Positions 55,653-64,000 of a stretch of 64,000 nucleotides of DNA are shown here, in pieces. Origin of the DNA: an uncultured Gemmatimonadales bacterium (GTDB lineage Bacteria > Gemmatimonadota > Gemmatimonadetes > Gemmatimonadales > GWC2-71-9); NCBI GenBank assembly GCA_963730185.1, contig CAVSQW010000009.1, positions 224,001-288,000 of the forward strand, written 5' to 3'. The notes under the pieces are model-generated. The model was given only the letters and a program-made list of their open reading frames with translations. It did not search any database and was not told the origin of the DNA. The translations under genes and the position numbers were made by a program. Each line of letters begins with the position of its first letter. The first letter of the stretch is position 1.

Positions 55653-57023
55653 TCACCGCGTGGACCGGGGCGCCGCGGCCGTTCGCCGCGACCAGTGCCA
55701 GTAGAACGGGAGCCCGACCAGCACCAGCGCCAGCCCCACCGCCGACTCCAGGGTCCGTTCCCGCGCGAGCGAGACGAGGTAGGCCGCCGAGATGGCCAGA
55801 AACAGCACCGGCGTGACGGGGTAGCCCCAGACCCGGTAGGGCCGCGGGAGGTCGGGCTCGTGCCGCCGAAGCAGGAAGATGCCGAACACGGCCAGGCAGA
55901 AGAAGGTGTAGTCGGCGAATCCCAGGTAGCTCAGGATCCGCTCGTAACTGCCGGAGAGCGCGAAGCCGGCGGCCAGAGCGCCCTGCAACACGATGGCTCG
56001 AACCGGGACCGCCGATCGGGCGCCCACCCGTTCCATGCCGCGAAAGAACAGGCCATCGCGAGCCAGAGCATACGCGATCCTGGGATAGGCCAGGATGGCG
56101 ACGTTGAGCGCTCCGAAGGTGGAGATCATCACCGCGGCCGCGACGAATCCCGCGCCCCACGGGCCGACGGCGGTCTGCATGGCGTCGGACGCGACCAGGG
56201 TCGATGCCTGGAGCTGGTCGAACGGCAGGATCGAGAGGTAGGACAGGTTCACGCCGATGTACACGGCGAGCACGATCGCCATCCCGGCGATGATCGACCG
56301 GGGAAGATTTCGGGCCGGGTCGCGAATCTCCTCGGCAACGTAGGTGCTGAACATCCAGCCGTTGTAGGCGAACAGTGTCGGGATCATGGCGGTCCCGACG
56401 GCCAGCCAGAGGCCCGGCCGGTGGTCCGCTGGGAGGAGCGGAGTGAGCCCTTGCAGCGTGCCGGAGCCGCCGGCCAGCGGCACCACGATGATGGCGCCGA
56501 GGGTGGCGAGTTTGAGGACCGTGAGGAGGTTCTGGATCTGGCCGCTCTGTCGGACCCCCCAGCAGTTGACCATGGTGAGGCTCGCGATGGCGGCCACCGC
56601 CACGAGCCGGATGCCCGCCTCGCCCCAGGGCAGGATGCGGTGCAGGAAGAACCCGGCGTAGCTGGCGAACGCCGTAGCCACGGCCGCGATCGACCCGGCG
56701 CCGTCGACGAAGAAGAAGGTCCACCCGGCCAGGAAGGCGAGGAGGGGGCTCCGGTAGATCCGGCGAATGAAGGCGTAGGTGCCACCGGCTTCGGGCAGGG
56801 CGGCTCCCAACTCCGCGAAACAGAGGGCGCCGCAGGTGGCGAGGAGGCCGGCGAGCACCCAGACGAGCAGGCTCAGACCGGGCGCGCCGACATTCCGTGC
56901 CACGATGCTCGGCGCGAGAAAGATGCCCGAGCCGATGATGCCGCCGACCACCAGCGCGATCGCCTCCGGGGCGCCGAGGCCGCGGTGGAGCGGGTTCCGC
57001 CCGGACGACGGGTCGGGGCTCAG
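55653..57023 (-). CDS. APC-family amino acid permease (probable CTG start at 57023)
   Basis: LHRGLG...VGGIIGSGIF, AELG, AGGTY, FAYNGW, EEIRDP.RNLP, RPYRVWGYP. Confidence 0.88.
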   Translation of the reverse strand: MSPDPSSGRNPLHRGLGAPEAIALVVGGIIGSGIFLAPSIVARNVGAPGLSLLVWVLAGLLATCGALCFAELGAALPEAGGTYAFIRRIYRSPLLAFLAGWTFFFVDGAGSIAAVATAFASYAGFFLHRILPWGEAGIRLVAVAAIASLTMVNCWGVRQSGQIQNLLTVLKLATLGAIIVVPLAGGSGTLQGLTPLLPADHRPGLWLAVGTAMIPTLFAYNGWMFSTYVAEEIRDPARNLPRSIIAGMAIVLAVYIGVNLSYLSILPFDQLQASTLVASDAMQTAVGPWGAGFVAAAVMISTFGALNVAILAYPRIAYALARDGLFFRGMERVGARSAVPVRAIVLQGALAAGFALSGSYERILSYLGFADYTFFCLAVFGIFLLRRHEPDLPRPYRVWGYPVTPVLFLAISAAYLVSLARERTLESAVGLALVLVGLPFYWHWSRRTAAAPRSTR

Positions 57024-59146
57024 GGGGGGCTCGAAGGCGCGGGGTAGCGCAGCGCGAGCGTGGACAGGGCCTCGGGGGACCCGATCACGGTCAAGCGATC
57101 GCCGTCATCGACCGTCATGTGCCCCCGGGCGGCGACCGACCGCCCGTCGCGACCGATCAGGGCGACCAGACTGCCGGGCGGCAGGTCGAGGTGATTCACC
57201 GCCCGGCCGATGAGGGCACCGGTCGCGGTGCCGGCGACGACCCGGAGGGTCACGAACCGCTCGTCGCGGAGGAGGATCTCCTTGAGGTCCTGGTCACCGC
57301 CGGCGGCCAGCCAGCTCGCCAGGAAGCCGGGATCCTCCACCCGGCTCGCGAGCTGCGCCAGGATCCGGAGATGGCGACCGGGGTCGCTCTCGCCACTCAC
57401 CAGGAAGAAGACGGCCCGGACCGGAATCTCGTCGGGACCCGCCAGCTCCCCGCCGGCCTCGAGCGTCACCCCGCCCCGGCACCGGGCCACGACCAGCTCC
57501 GAGGCCTGGATCTCCGGCAGCCGGGTATGGAGCAGGGCCGCCCCCTTGGCGATGGCCGCCTCGCCCACGGTGACGCCGCTGCCTAACGTGACCTCGAGGG
57601 CCGCCGGGGTCGCCCGGGTGCGGCGGGCCAGAGCGGTGGCGGCCTCTTCGACGATCGCGGGCAGAGTGGTCGCCTCGTCGTGGTCCAGCACCTCGCTCGC
57701 GGCGACCAGCTCGTCGAACGGATCCTTGGCCCGGAGTCCCTTCTCCTTCATGATGCCGCGGAGCTCCCGCTCGATGCCCGCGAACCGGCGCCGTCCCAGG
57801 CGCTCGAACACGTGGAAGATGGCGCCGTCCCGTTCGATCCTGGCCCGGGCGTAGTGGTTGTACCAGCCGACACAGGCCGCCGTCACTCCGGCGGTAAAGA
57901 GCACCGACAGCCAGCCCATCTCGGCCACCAGGACCAAGGCGACGAAGATGCCGGCCAGCTGGAGCCAGGGATAGAGCGGCGCCCGGAAGCCGGGGTCGTA
58001 TGACTCGATCCGGCTCTCCCGCATCACGATCACGGCCACGTTGATCAATCCGAAGAGCAGGAGCTGGAGCGCGCTCGCCAGCTTGGCGACGCTCTCGACC
58101 CGGAGGACGAGCAGCAGCACGACCAGCAAGCTGCAGGTGAGAGCAATCGACGCCACCGGCGTACCCTTGGCGCTGGTGGCGGCGAGCCGATCGGGAAAGA
58201 GCCGATCGCGAGCCATCGCCAGCGGATAGCGAGAGGCCGCCAGAATCCCGGCGTTGGCCATCGACGCGAAGGCCACGATCGCGGCGCCGACCATGAGCCA
58301 GACCCCGATGTGGCTCGGAAGCCACCGGGTCATGGTGCCGGCCGCGTCGGCGACCGGCGTGAGGCTCCCGCTCAACCGGTCCGTCCCCAAGGTCGCCACC
58401 ATCACGAAGACGCCGGCCGCGTAGATCACCGTCACGGTAACCAGTCCGAGGGTCATGCCCAGCGGAATGTTCCGGTCCGGATTCTTCACCTCCTCGGCCA
58501 GGCTCGCGACCTTGGTGAGTCCGATGAACGACACGAACACCAGACCGATGGCCTCGAGGAATCCGTGGCTTCCGTTGGGGAAGAAGGGCGCGAAGCGCTG
58601 GAGCGCGTCACCCCGAGGTTCGCGGCCGAGCAAGTCGGCGAAACCGTGGAGGACGAAGAAGGCCAGGACGGCGAGCATCACCAGCACGAAGATCCGGAGG
58701 AGCCCGCTGGACGCCTTGGCGCCGGCGATGTTCACCAGACCCAGCAGCACCGCCCACGCCACCGCGGTGGTGACGACTGGAAGATCGAGGACCAGGGCGA
58801 CGTAGGCCCCCATGCCGATCAGCGCGAAGGCGCTCTTGAGCACCATCGTGAGCCAGGTGCCGACCCCGCCGATGGTTCCGACCAGCGGTCCCAGAGTGCG
58901 GTCCAGGAAGTAGTAGGCACCTCCGGCCCGCGGCATCGCCGTCGCCAGCTCGGCCTGGCTCAGCATGGCCGGGACGATGAGAAATCCGGCGGCGATGTAG
59001 GCGAGGACCACGCCGGGGCCGGCGTGGCGAGCCGCCAGACCGGGCAGGATGAAGAAGCCAGAGCTGATCATGGCGCCCACGCAGACCACGTAGACGTCGA
59101 ACAGCCCCAACTCCTTGTCCAGCCGCTTGAAGTCGAGGAGGCGCAT
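57020..59146 (-). CDS. APC-family permease fused to PTS EIIA-like and TrkA-C domains
   Basis: GAMISSGFF, PRAGGAY, AEEVKNPDRNIP; C-terminal HLRILAQLA and RCK_C-like GDRLTVIG; start ATG 59146. Confidence 0.82.
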   Translation of the reverse strand: MRLLDFKRLDKELGLFDVYVVCVGAMISSGFFILPGLAARHAGPGVVLAYIAAGFLIVPAMLSQAELATAMPRAGGAYYFLDRTLGPLVGTIGGVGTWLTMVLKSAFALIGMGAYVALVLDLPVVTTAVAWAVLLGLVNIAGAKASSGLLRIFVLVMLAVLAFFVLHGFADLLGREPRGDALQRFAPFFPNGSHGFLEAIGLVFVSFIGLTKVASLAEEVKNPDRNIPLGMTLGLVTVTVIYAAGVFVMVATLGTDRLSGSLTPVADAAGTMTRWLPSHIGVWLMVGAAIVAFASMANAGILAASRYPLAMARDRLFPDRLAATSAKGTPVASIALTCSLLVVLLLVLRVESVAKLASALQLLLFGLINVAVIVMRESRIESYDPGFRAPLYPWLQLAGIFVALVLVAEMGWLSVLFTAGVTAACVGWYNHYARARIERDGAIFHVFERLGRRRFAGIERELRGIMKEKGLRAKDPFDELVAASEVLDHDEATTLPAIVEEAATALARRTRATPAALEVTLGSGVTVGEAAIAKGAALLHTRLPEIQASELVVARCRGGVTLEAGGELAGPDEIPVRAVFFLVSGESDPGRHLRILAQLASRVEDPGFLASWLAAGGDQDLKEILLRDERFVTLRVVAGTATGALIGRAVNHLDLPPGSLVALIGRDGRSVAARGHMTVDDGDRLTVIGSPEALSTLALRYPAPSSPP

Positions 59147-59169
59147 GGCGACCCGGGGCGAACGTGAGA

Positions 59170-59583
59170 CTACGGGGTCTCGGGTGTCATCGTGTAGCAC
59201 CAGGTCTCACCCTCGAGCACCACGGTGCCGTCGGCCCGGGTCACCTGGACCGCGAGTTGGGTCACCGGCTTGGTGGGGTGGACGCTCACCACCCGGGCGG
59301 ACGCGGTGATCGTGTCGCCGATGAAAACCGGCGCCGTGAACTTCCAGTCCTGGCTCAGAAACACGGTCCCCGGGCCGGGGAGGTCCATGGCGACCAGAGC
59401 GTGGAGCAGGCCGGTCGTGAGGCCTCCCTGCGTGACCAGCCGTCCGAACCGGGTCTTCGCGGCGAACGCCTCGTCGAAGTGGAGCGGATTGTAGTCGCCC
59501 GAGATCTCAGCGAACTTGGCCACGTGGTCGGCCGTGACGGTGAGGGAGCGGCGGGCTTCCTGTCCGACGACGGGTCGGGGCAT
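59170..59583 (-). CDS. MaoC-family (R)-enoyl-CoA hydratase
   Basis: FAEISGDYNPLHFD, LPGPG, FTAPVFIGD. Confidence 0.9.
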   Translation of the reverse strand: MPRPVVGQEARRSLTVTADHVAKFAEISGDYNPLHFDEAFAAKTRFGRLVTQGGLTTGLLHALVAMDLPGPGTVFLSQDWKFTAPVFIGDTITASARVVSVHPTKPVTQLAVQVTRADGTVVLEGETWCYTMTPETP

Positions 59584-59680
59584 GGTCGAAACCTCGATCG
59601 AGCGGGGACACAGGATAAGATGGCGGGCGCGGCGCTCCGGCGCGAGGTTGGCCGGGACCGCGCCAGGGCCCGTCGACGGA

Positions 59681-61159
59681 TTAGGACCCCAGCACCGCTG
59701 GGACGAGCAGGGTGCCGATGAGGGTGATCAGCGCGATGGCGAGCAGGTTCATCAGCAGACCGGCCTTGGCCATCTGGGGGATGGTCAGGTATCCGGAGCT
59801 GAAGACGATCGCGTTGGGCGGCGTCGCCACCGGCAGCATGAAGGCCATCGACGCGGCCAGGGCGGCGGAAGCCATCAACACGACGGGCGGCTCGCCCAGC
59901 GCCACCGCGGCGCCGGCCATGATCGGCATGGCCATGGTGGCGGTCGCCGCGTTGGACGTGATTTCGGTCAGGAACACGATCAGCGCCACGACCACCAAGA
60001 TGACGGCCCAGACCGGCGCCGATTGGAGCGTGCTCACGAAGGAGCCGATCCAGGCGGCCAGCCCGGACTGGTCCATGGCGCGGGCCAGCGACAGCCCCCC
60101 GCCGAAGAGCAGCAGCACACCCCAGGAGATCCGGCTCCCGGTCCGCCAGTCGAGGGCAAACTCCCGGCGCCGGGCGTCGATCGGGACGCAGAAGAGAGCG
60201 ACCGCGGCGAGCATGGCGATGGTGGAATCGCGGAGGCCGGGGGCCAGGGTGGTGAGTCCCGGGAGGTGAAGCGCGCCGATCGTCTTCGGCGACCGGAGGA
60301 TCCAGGCCAGGGCGGTCAGTACGAACACGGTTCCGACGACCCGTTCCGACCGACTCATCGGGCCGAGGCCGGCCCGCTCCCGCTCGATCAGGTCGGCCGC
60401 GTCGCCGGCCAACCGCCCGGGCGGATGGAGGATCCGGGTCAGGACGATCCACCCGAGGGGCAGCATGATCGCGGCGACCGGCCCCCCGACCAGCATCCAC
60501 TGGCCGAAGCCGATCCGCACCCCGGCCAGCTCCCGCGCGGCGCCGGCCATCACGGCGTTGGGCGGGGTGCCGATCAAGGTCGCGACGCCCCCGATCGAGG
60601 CCGCATACGCGATCCCGAGCATCATGGCGACGCCGAAGTGAAAGGGACCCTCCTGGTCCTTGGGGCGGAGCATCTCGCTCACCGCCAGCGCGATGGGAAG
60701 CATCATCGCGGCGGTCGCGGTGTTGGAGATCCACATCGAGAGGAACCCGGTTGCCAGCATGAAGCCGAGGACGAGCCGGGAGGGGCTGGTTCCGACGGCG
60801 GCCACGATGCCGAGCGCCAGCCGCCGGTGAAGTCCGGACCGCTCCATCGCCGCCGCGATGAAGAACCCTCCCATGAACAGGAAGATCAGCTCGTCGGCGT
60901 AGGGCGCGGCGGCCTGGCTCATGTCGAGGATGCCAAGCAACGGAAAGAGGGCCAGCGGCAGCATCGCCGTCACCGGGATCGGGACCGCCTCGGTGATCCA
61001 CCAGGTTGCCATGAGCAGGGCGACCGCGGCGGTGCGCCACCCGGCCGGCGAGAGGCCCGAGGGCGGCGGCATCACCAGGAGGACGAGGCAGAGGATTGGG
61101 CCGATCGCGAGACCGATCCGGGCTGGTCCCGCTCGATCAGGTCCTGAGGGGGACGACAC
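59681..61159 (-). CDS. DASS/SLC13 sodium:dicarboxylate (or sulfate) symporter
   Basis: SMWISNT, GTPPN, TEITSN, PVATPPN; GTG 61159 inferred. Confidence 0.92.
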   Translation of the reverse strand: MSSPSGPDRAGPARIGLAIGPILCLVLLVMPPPSGLSPAGWRTAAVALLMATWWITEAVPIPVTAMLPLALFPLLGILDMSQAAAPYADELIFLFMGGFFIAAAMERSGLHRRLALGIVAAVGTSPSRLVLGFMLATGFLSMWISNTATAAMMLPIALAVSEMLRPKDQEGPFHFGVAMMLGIAYAASIGGVATLIGTPPNAVMAGAARELAGVRIGFGQWMLVGGPVAAIMLPLGWIVLTRILHPPGRLAGDAADLIERERAGLGPMSRSERVVGTVFVLTALAWILRSPKTIGALHLPGLTTLAPGLRDSTIAMLAAVALFCVPIDARRREFALDWRTGSRISWGVLLLFGGGLSLARAMDQSGLAAWIGSFVSTLQSAPVWAVILVVVALIVFLTEITSNAATATMAMPIMAGAAVALGEPPVVLMASAALAASMAFMLPVATPPNAIVFSSGYLTIPQMAKAGLLMNLLAIALITLIGTLLVPAVLGS

Positions 61160-61390
61160 GGGCGACGAGACGTCCTTTCGACGAGCGGGCGACGAGGTGT
61201 GGGGTGGGAGACCCGGAGAAGGTGCGTTCGAGGTGAAACCGGGGCAACCCCCGCCTCTGCCTGCGTCCGGCTGGGCTCCGAGGCCTGGGATCTGATCCTG
61301 ATCTCGCACCCGAGGCATCACTTCGACGAGCCCACCTGCCGGGCGCCGCGGCGGTCGTGGCCGCGAAACCGGGGTCGGCCGCGGGCTCCG

Positions 61391-63535
61391 CTAGGGCGTG
61401 CCGGTGAGCCCCCGCTGCTCCAGGAGGGGCCGGACGCTCGGGTCCCGCCCTCGGAAGGCGCGGTACATCGGGGCGGCCTCTTCGCTCCCGCCCCGCGAAA
61501 GGATCATCCGGCGGAACCGGTCGCCGTTCTCCCGAGTCAGACCGCCATGGTCGCGGAACCAGTAGAACGCGTCGTCGTCGAGGACCTCGCTCCAGAGATA
61601 GGCGTAATAGCCGGCCGCGTAGCCGCTGTCCCAGATGTGGGAGAAGTATGTGGTCCGATAGCGCGGCGGCACCTGGGCCATCGCGATGTGGAAGTGATCG
61701 AGGGCCTGCGACTCGAAGGCGTCGACGTCCGTCACGGCACCGGCGTCGGCGGGACGGGTGTGCCAGGCCATGTCGAGCAACGCGGCGGCGAGATACTCGG
61801 TCGTGGCGTACCCCTGGTTGAACGTACTCGACTTCTTGATCCGATCCACCAGGCCGGCCGGCATGGGCGCGCCGGTCTGATAGTGCTTGGCGTAGTTGGC
61901 CAGGACCTTGGGGTCCAGCGCCCAGTGTTCGTTGAACTGGGAGGGGAACTCGACGAAGTCGCGAGGGACGTTGGTGTCGGCCAGCGAGGGGTAGCGAACG
62001 TCCGAGAACATGCCGTGCAAGGCGTGGCCGAACTCGTGGAACATCGTCCTGACGTCGTCGAAGCTGAGGAGCGCGGGCTGACCCGGCGCCGGCTTGGTGA
62101 AGTTGCCGACGTTGTACACCACTGGCTTGGTCCCCAGCAGCCCGGACTGTCCCACGAAGTTGTCCATCCAGGCCCCGCCGCTCTTACTGGGCCGCTGGAA
62201 GTAGTCGGCGTAGAAGAGGGCCAGCGAGGTGCCGTCGGCGTCGAAGACCTCGAAGACTCGGACGTCGGGCTGATAGACCGGAATGTCCTGCCGTTCCTTG
62301 AAGGTCAGGCCATAGAGCTGATTGGCGGCGAAGAAGACGCCATCCTGGAGGACGCGGTTCAGCTCGAAGTAGGGCCGGATCGCCGCCTCGTCGAGGTCGT
62401 ACTCGGCTTTCCGGACCCGCTCGGCATAGAGCTCCCAGTCCCAGGACGCGAGAGTGAACCCGCCGTGGTCGCGGTCGATCAGAGCCTGCATCTTGGCGGC
62501 CTCGCCGCGGGCCTTGGCGGTCGCGGCCGGCACCATGTCGGTCATCAGCTTCTCGGCGGCGGCGGGCGTCTTGGCCATCTCGTCGTCGAGCACGTAGGCG
62601 GCGTAGCTCGGGTAGCCCAGGAGGCGGGCCTTCTCGGCCCGGAGCTGCGCCAGCCGGGTCACGATGCCCCGGGTGTCGTGTGGCCCACCATCGCCCCGGG
62701 AGAGCGAGGCCTGCATGATCCGCTCCCGGAGCGGTCGGTTCTGGAGCGAGGCGAGCACCGGCTGCTGGGTGGTGTTCTGGAGCGCCAGCACCCACTGACC
62801 CGCGGTCCCGCGCCGCTTGGCTTCCTCGGCGGCGGCGGAGACGTCGCCGTCCGAGAGGCCCTCGAGCTCCGCCCGCCCGGTGACGGTGACCGCGTTGGCG
62901 TTTCGGCCGGCCAGGAGCTCGGTCTGGAACCGGGTGGTCAGCTCCGATTCTTCCCGGTTCAAGGCGCGGAGAGTGGTTTTGTCGCTGTCGGCCAGCTCCG
63001 CCCCAGCCCGGATGAAGCGACGGTAATAGCGCTCGACCAGGTAGTGCTGGATCGAGTCGAGGTCCAGGCCGTCACGCTGGTCGTAGATGGCCTTGACCCG
63101 CGCGAACAGGGTCGAGTCGAGATAGATCGCGTCCTTGTGGGCCGCCAGCTTGGGCGCTTCCTCGCTCTGCACCTGCTGGAGCACGCTGTCGGTGTTGGCC
63201 TGGGTGATGGCCCCGAAGACCCGCATCACCCGGGTCAGGACCTGTCCGGTCCGCTCCATGGCCTCGATCGTGTTGGCGAAGGTGGGCGGCGCGCTTTGGC
63301 GAGCGATGGAGTCGACCTCCGCCCGCTGCGCGCGCATGCCCGCTTCGATGGCCGGCTGATAGTCCTGGTCCGTGATCCGGTCGAAGGGCGGTGCTTGGAA
63401 CGGCAGCGGACTCGGCGACAGGAACGGATTCGGTTCGGACCCGCCCGCGCTCGACCCCCCGGTGGACGACGAGGGCGAGCAGGCGTAGGTCAGGATCATG
63501 AGCAAGAGTGGGGGAAGGCGGCGGCGAAGAGACAC
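61391..63535 (-). CDS. dcp: M3-family peptidyl-dipeptidase, lipoprotein
   Basis: FHEFGHALH, DFVEFPSQ, KSGGAWM, YAAGYYAYLWS; lipobox-like TYAC. Confidence 0.9.
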   Translation of the reverse strand: MSLRRRLPPLLLMILTYACSPSSSTGGSSAGGSEPNPFLSPSPLPFQAPPFDRITDQDYQPAIEAGMRAQRAEVDSIARQSAPPTFANTIEAMERTGQVLTRVMRVFGAITQANTDSVLQQVQSEEAPKLAAHKDAIYLDSTLFARVKAIYDQRDGLDLDSIQHYLVERYYRRFIRAGAELADSDKTTLRALNREESELTTRFQTELLAGRNANAVTVTGRAELEGLSDGDVSAAAEEAKRRGTAGQWVLALQNTTQQPVLASLQNRPLRERIMQASLSRGDGGPHDTRGIVTRLAQLRAEKARLLGYPSYAAYVLDDEMAKTPAAAEKLMTDMVPAATAKARGEAAKMQALIDRDHGGFTLASWDWELYAERVRKAEYDLDEAAIRPYFELNRVLQDGVFFAANQLYGLTFKERQDIPVYQPDVRVFEVFDADGTSLALFYADYFQRPSKSGGAWMDNFVGQSGLLGTKPVVYNVGNFTKPAPGQPALLSFDDVRTMFHEFGHALHGMFSDVRYPSLADTNVPRDFVEFPSQFNEHWALDPKVLANYAKHYQTGAPMPAGLVDRIKKSSTFNQGYATTEYLAAALLDMAWHTRPADAGAVTDVDAFESQALDHFHIAMAQVPPRYRTTYFSHIWDSGYAAGYYAYLWSEVLDDDAFYWFRDHGGLTRENGDRFRRMILSRGGSEEAAPMYRAFRGRDPSVRPLLEQRGLTGTP

Positions 63536-63664
63536 AGGAGACTCCTGAAGAAGCGAAGGCGGCCGTGCTCACAATATAGGCCGCGGTCGGCGCCCGGTGC
63601 CGGGGTGCGCCCCGGAAGCCCTTCCGACCCATATTTCAGGTCCCCCGAGCAAGGATGAGGTGAC

Positions 63665-64000
63665 GTGAGAGCTGGGTTCCGTCGGATCGAGTGGCTGGCG
63701 CTGGCCCTGCTGGCGACCTCCGGTTGCGCCCGATATCGGTGTCCGGCCCAGCTGCCGGTGGAGCTGGCGGGTCCGGCCCGGACGGCGGTCGCCACGGTGG
63801 GGGGAGACTCGGTGGACTACACCCTGGGGGCACCGGCGGTGGCCTGCTTCCCGGGCGAATGGCCCCGGGTTCGGACCGATCGGGTCGAGCGCGCGTGGCG
63901 AGACCAGCTCTACGTCGTGGCGCCGGTAGCCGTCGGGGCGGGGGCCACCGAGGGTGGGGCCCGACCCGTGGCTCGGATCGACGCGATCGCCGAGGACGGA
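63665..64000 (+). CDS. Hypothetical lipoprotein, 3' end outside window
   Basis: GAGGTG RBS, GTG 63665, reads MRAGFRRIEWLALALLATSGC (lipobox), open to window end. Confidence 0.6.
   Translation, partial: MRAGFRRIEWLALALLATSGCARYRCPAQLPVELAGPARTAVATVGGDSVDYTLGAPAVACFPGEWPRVRTDRVERAWRDQLYVVAPVAVGAGATEGGARPVARIDAIAEDG

Noticed and set aside
61234..61260. Third TGAAAC hexamer
   Set aside because: No CGTA at the right spacing and it points against the flanking genes.
61199..63658. 819-aa plus-strand ORF (similarly 23648-25954, 27258-29606, 15558-17510, 35553-37301)
   Set aside because: Shadow or alternate-frame ORFs over well-supported genes; Arg/Gly/Pro-rich with no recognisable family.
1..64000. 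CRISPR array, tRNA/rRNA, prophage, transposase or defence system
   Set aside because: No regularly spaced repeats, cloverleaf or rRNA signatures, or mobile-element and defence protein motifs were seen; composition is uniform.

Overview
A GC-rich (about 70%), gene-dense chromosomal window with about 50 protein-coding genes. Gene content (ADOP permease, UPF0182, tricorn protease, many lipoprotein hydrolases) suggests Gemmatimonadota; this is an inference. I found no rRNA, tRNA, CRISPR array, integrase or transposase. In order: the end of a surface-glycan locus (NDP-sugar dehydrogenase, GT-C transferase, sulfotransferase, flippase-like protein, wecB); a tightly coupled 7-gene operon (two DUF885-type metalloproteins, a peptide-type ABC binding protein and permeases with no ATPase, two Gfo/Idh/MocA oxidoreductases); an SDR, hemG-like flavodoxin, MATE and carboxyltransferase; a block of exported peptidases and amidohydrolases; an ankyrin gene with a structured 5' leader; BaiN-like flavoprotein, UPF0182, ADOP permease, folB and a fused folK-folP; FKBP, vWA, DUF481, TMEM175 and VOC genes; a PadR-headed MacAB-like exporter operon with visible operator repeats; a frameshifted Spy/CpxP-like gene; and a transporter/peptidase run (TAP-like hydrolase, two APC permeases, MaoC, DASS, Dcp). 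The best candidates for something undescribed are the DUF885/ABC/Gfo operon with altered catalytic motifs, the ankyrin leader RNA, and a shared TGAAAC-N17-CGTA ECF-type promoter. Family calls come from motif recognition only; no searches were run. Many start codons were moved from the supplied ORF track using RBS and gene-overlap evidence.
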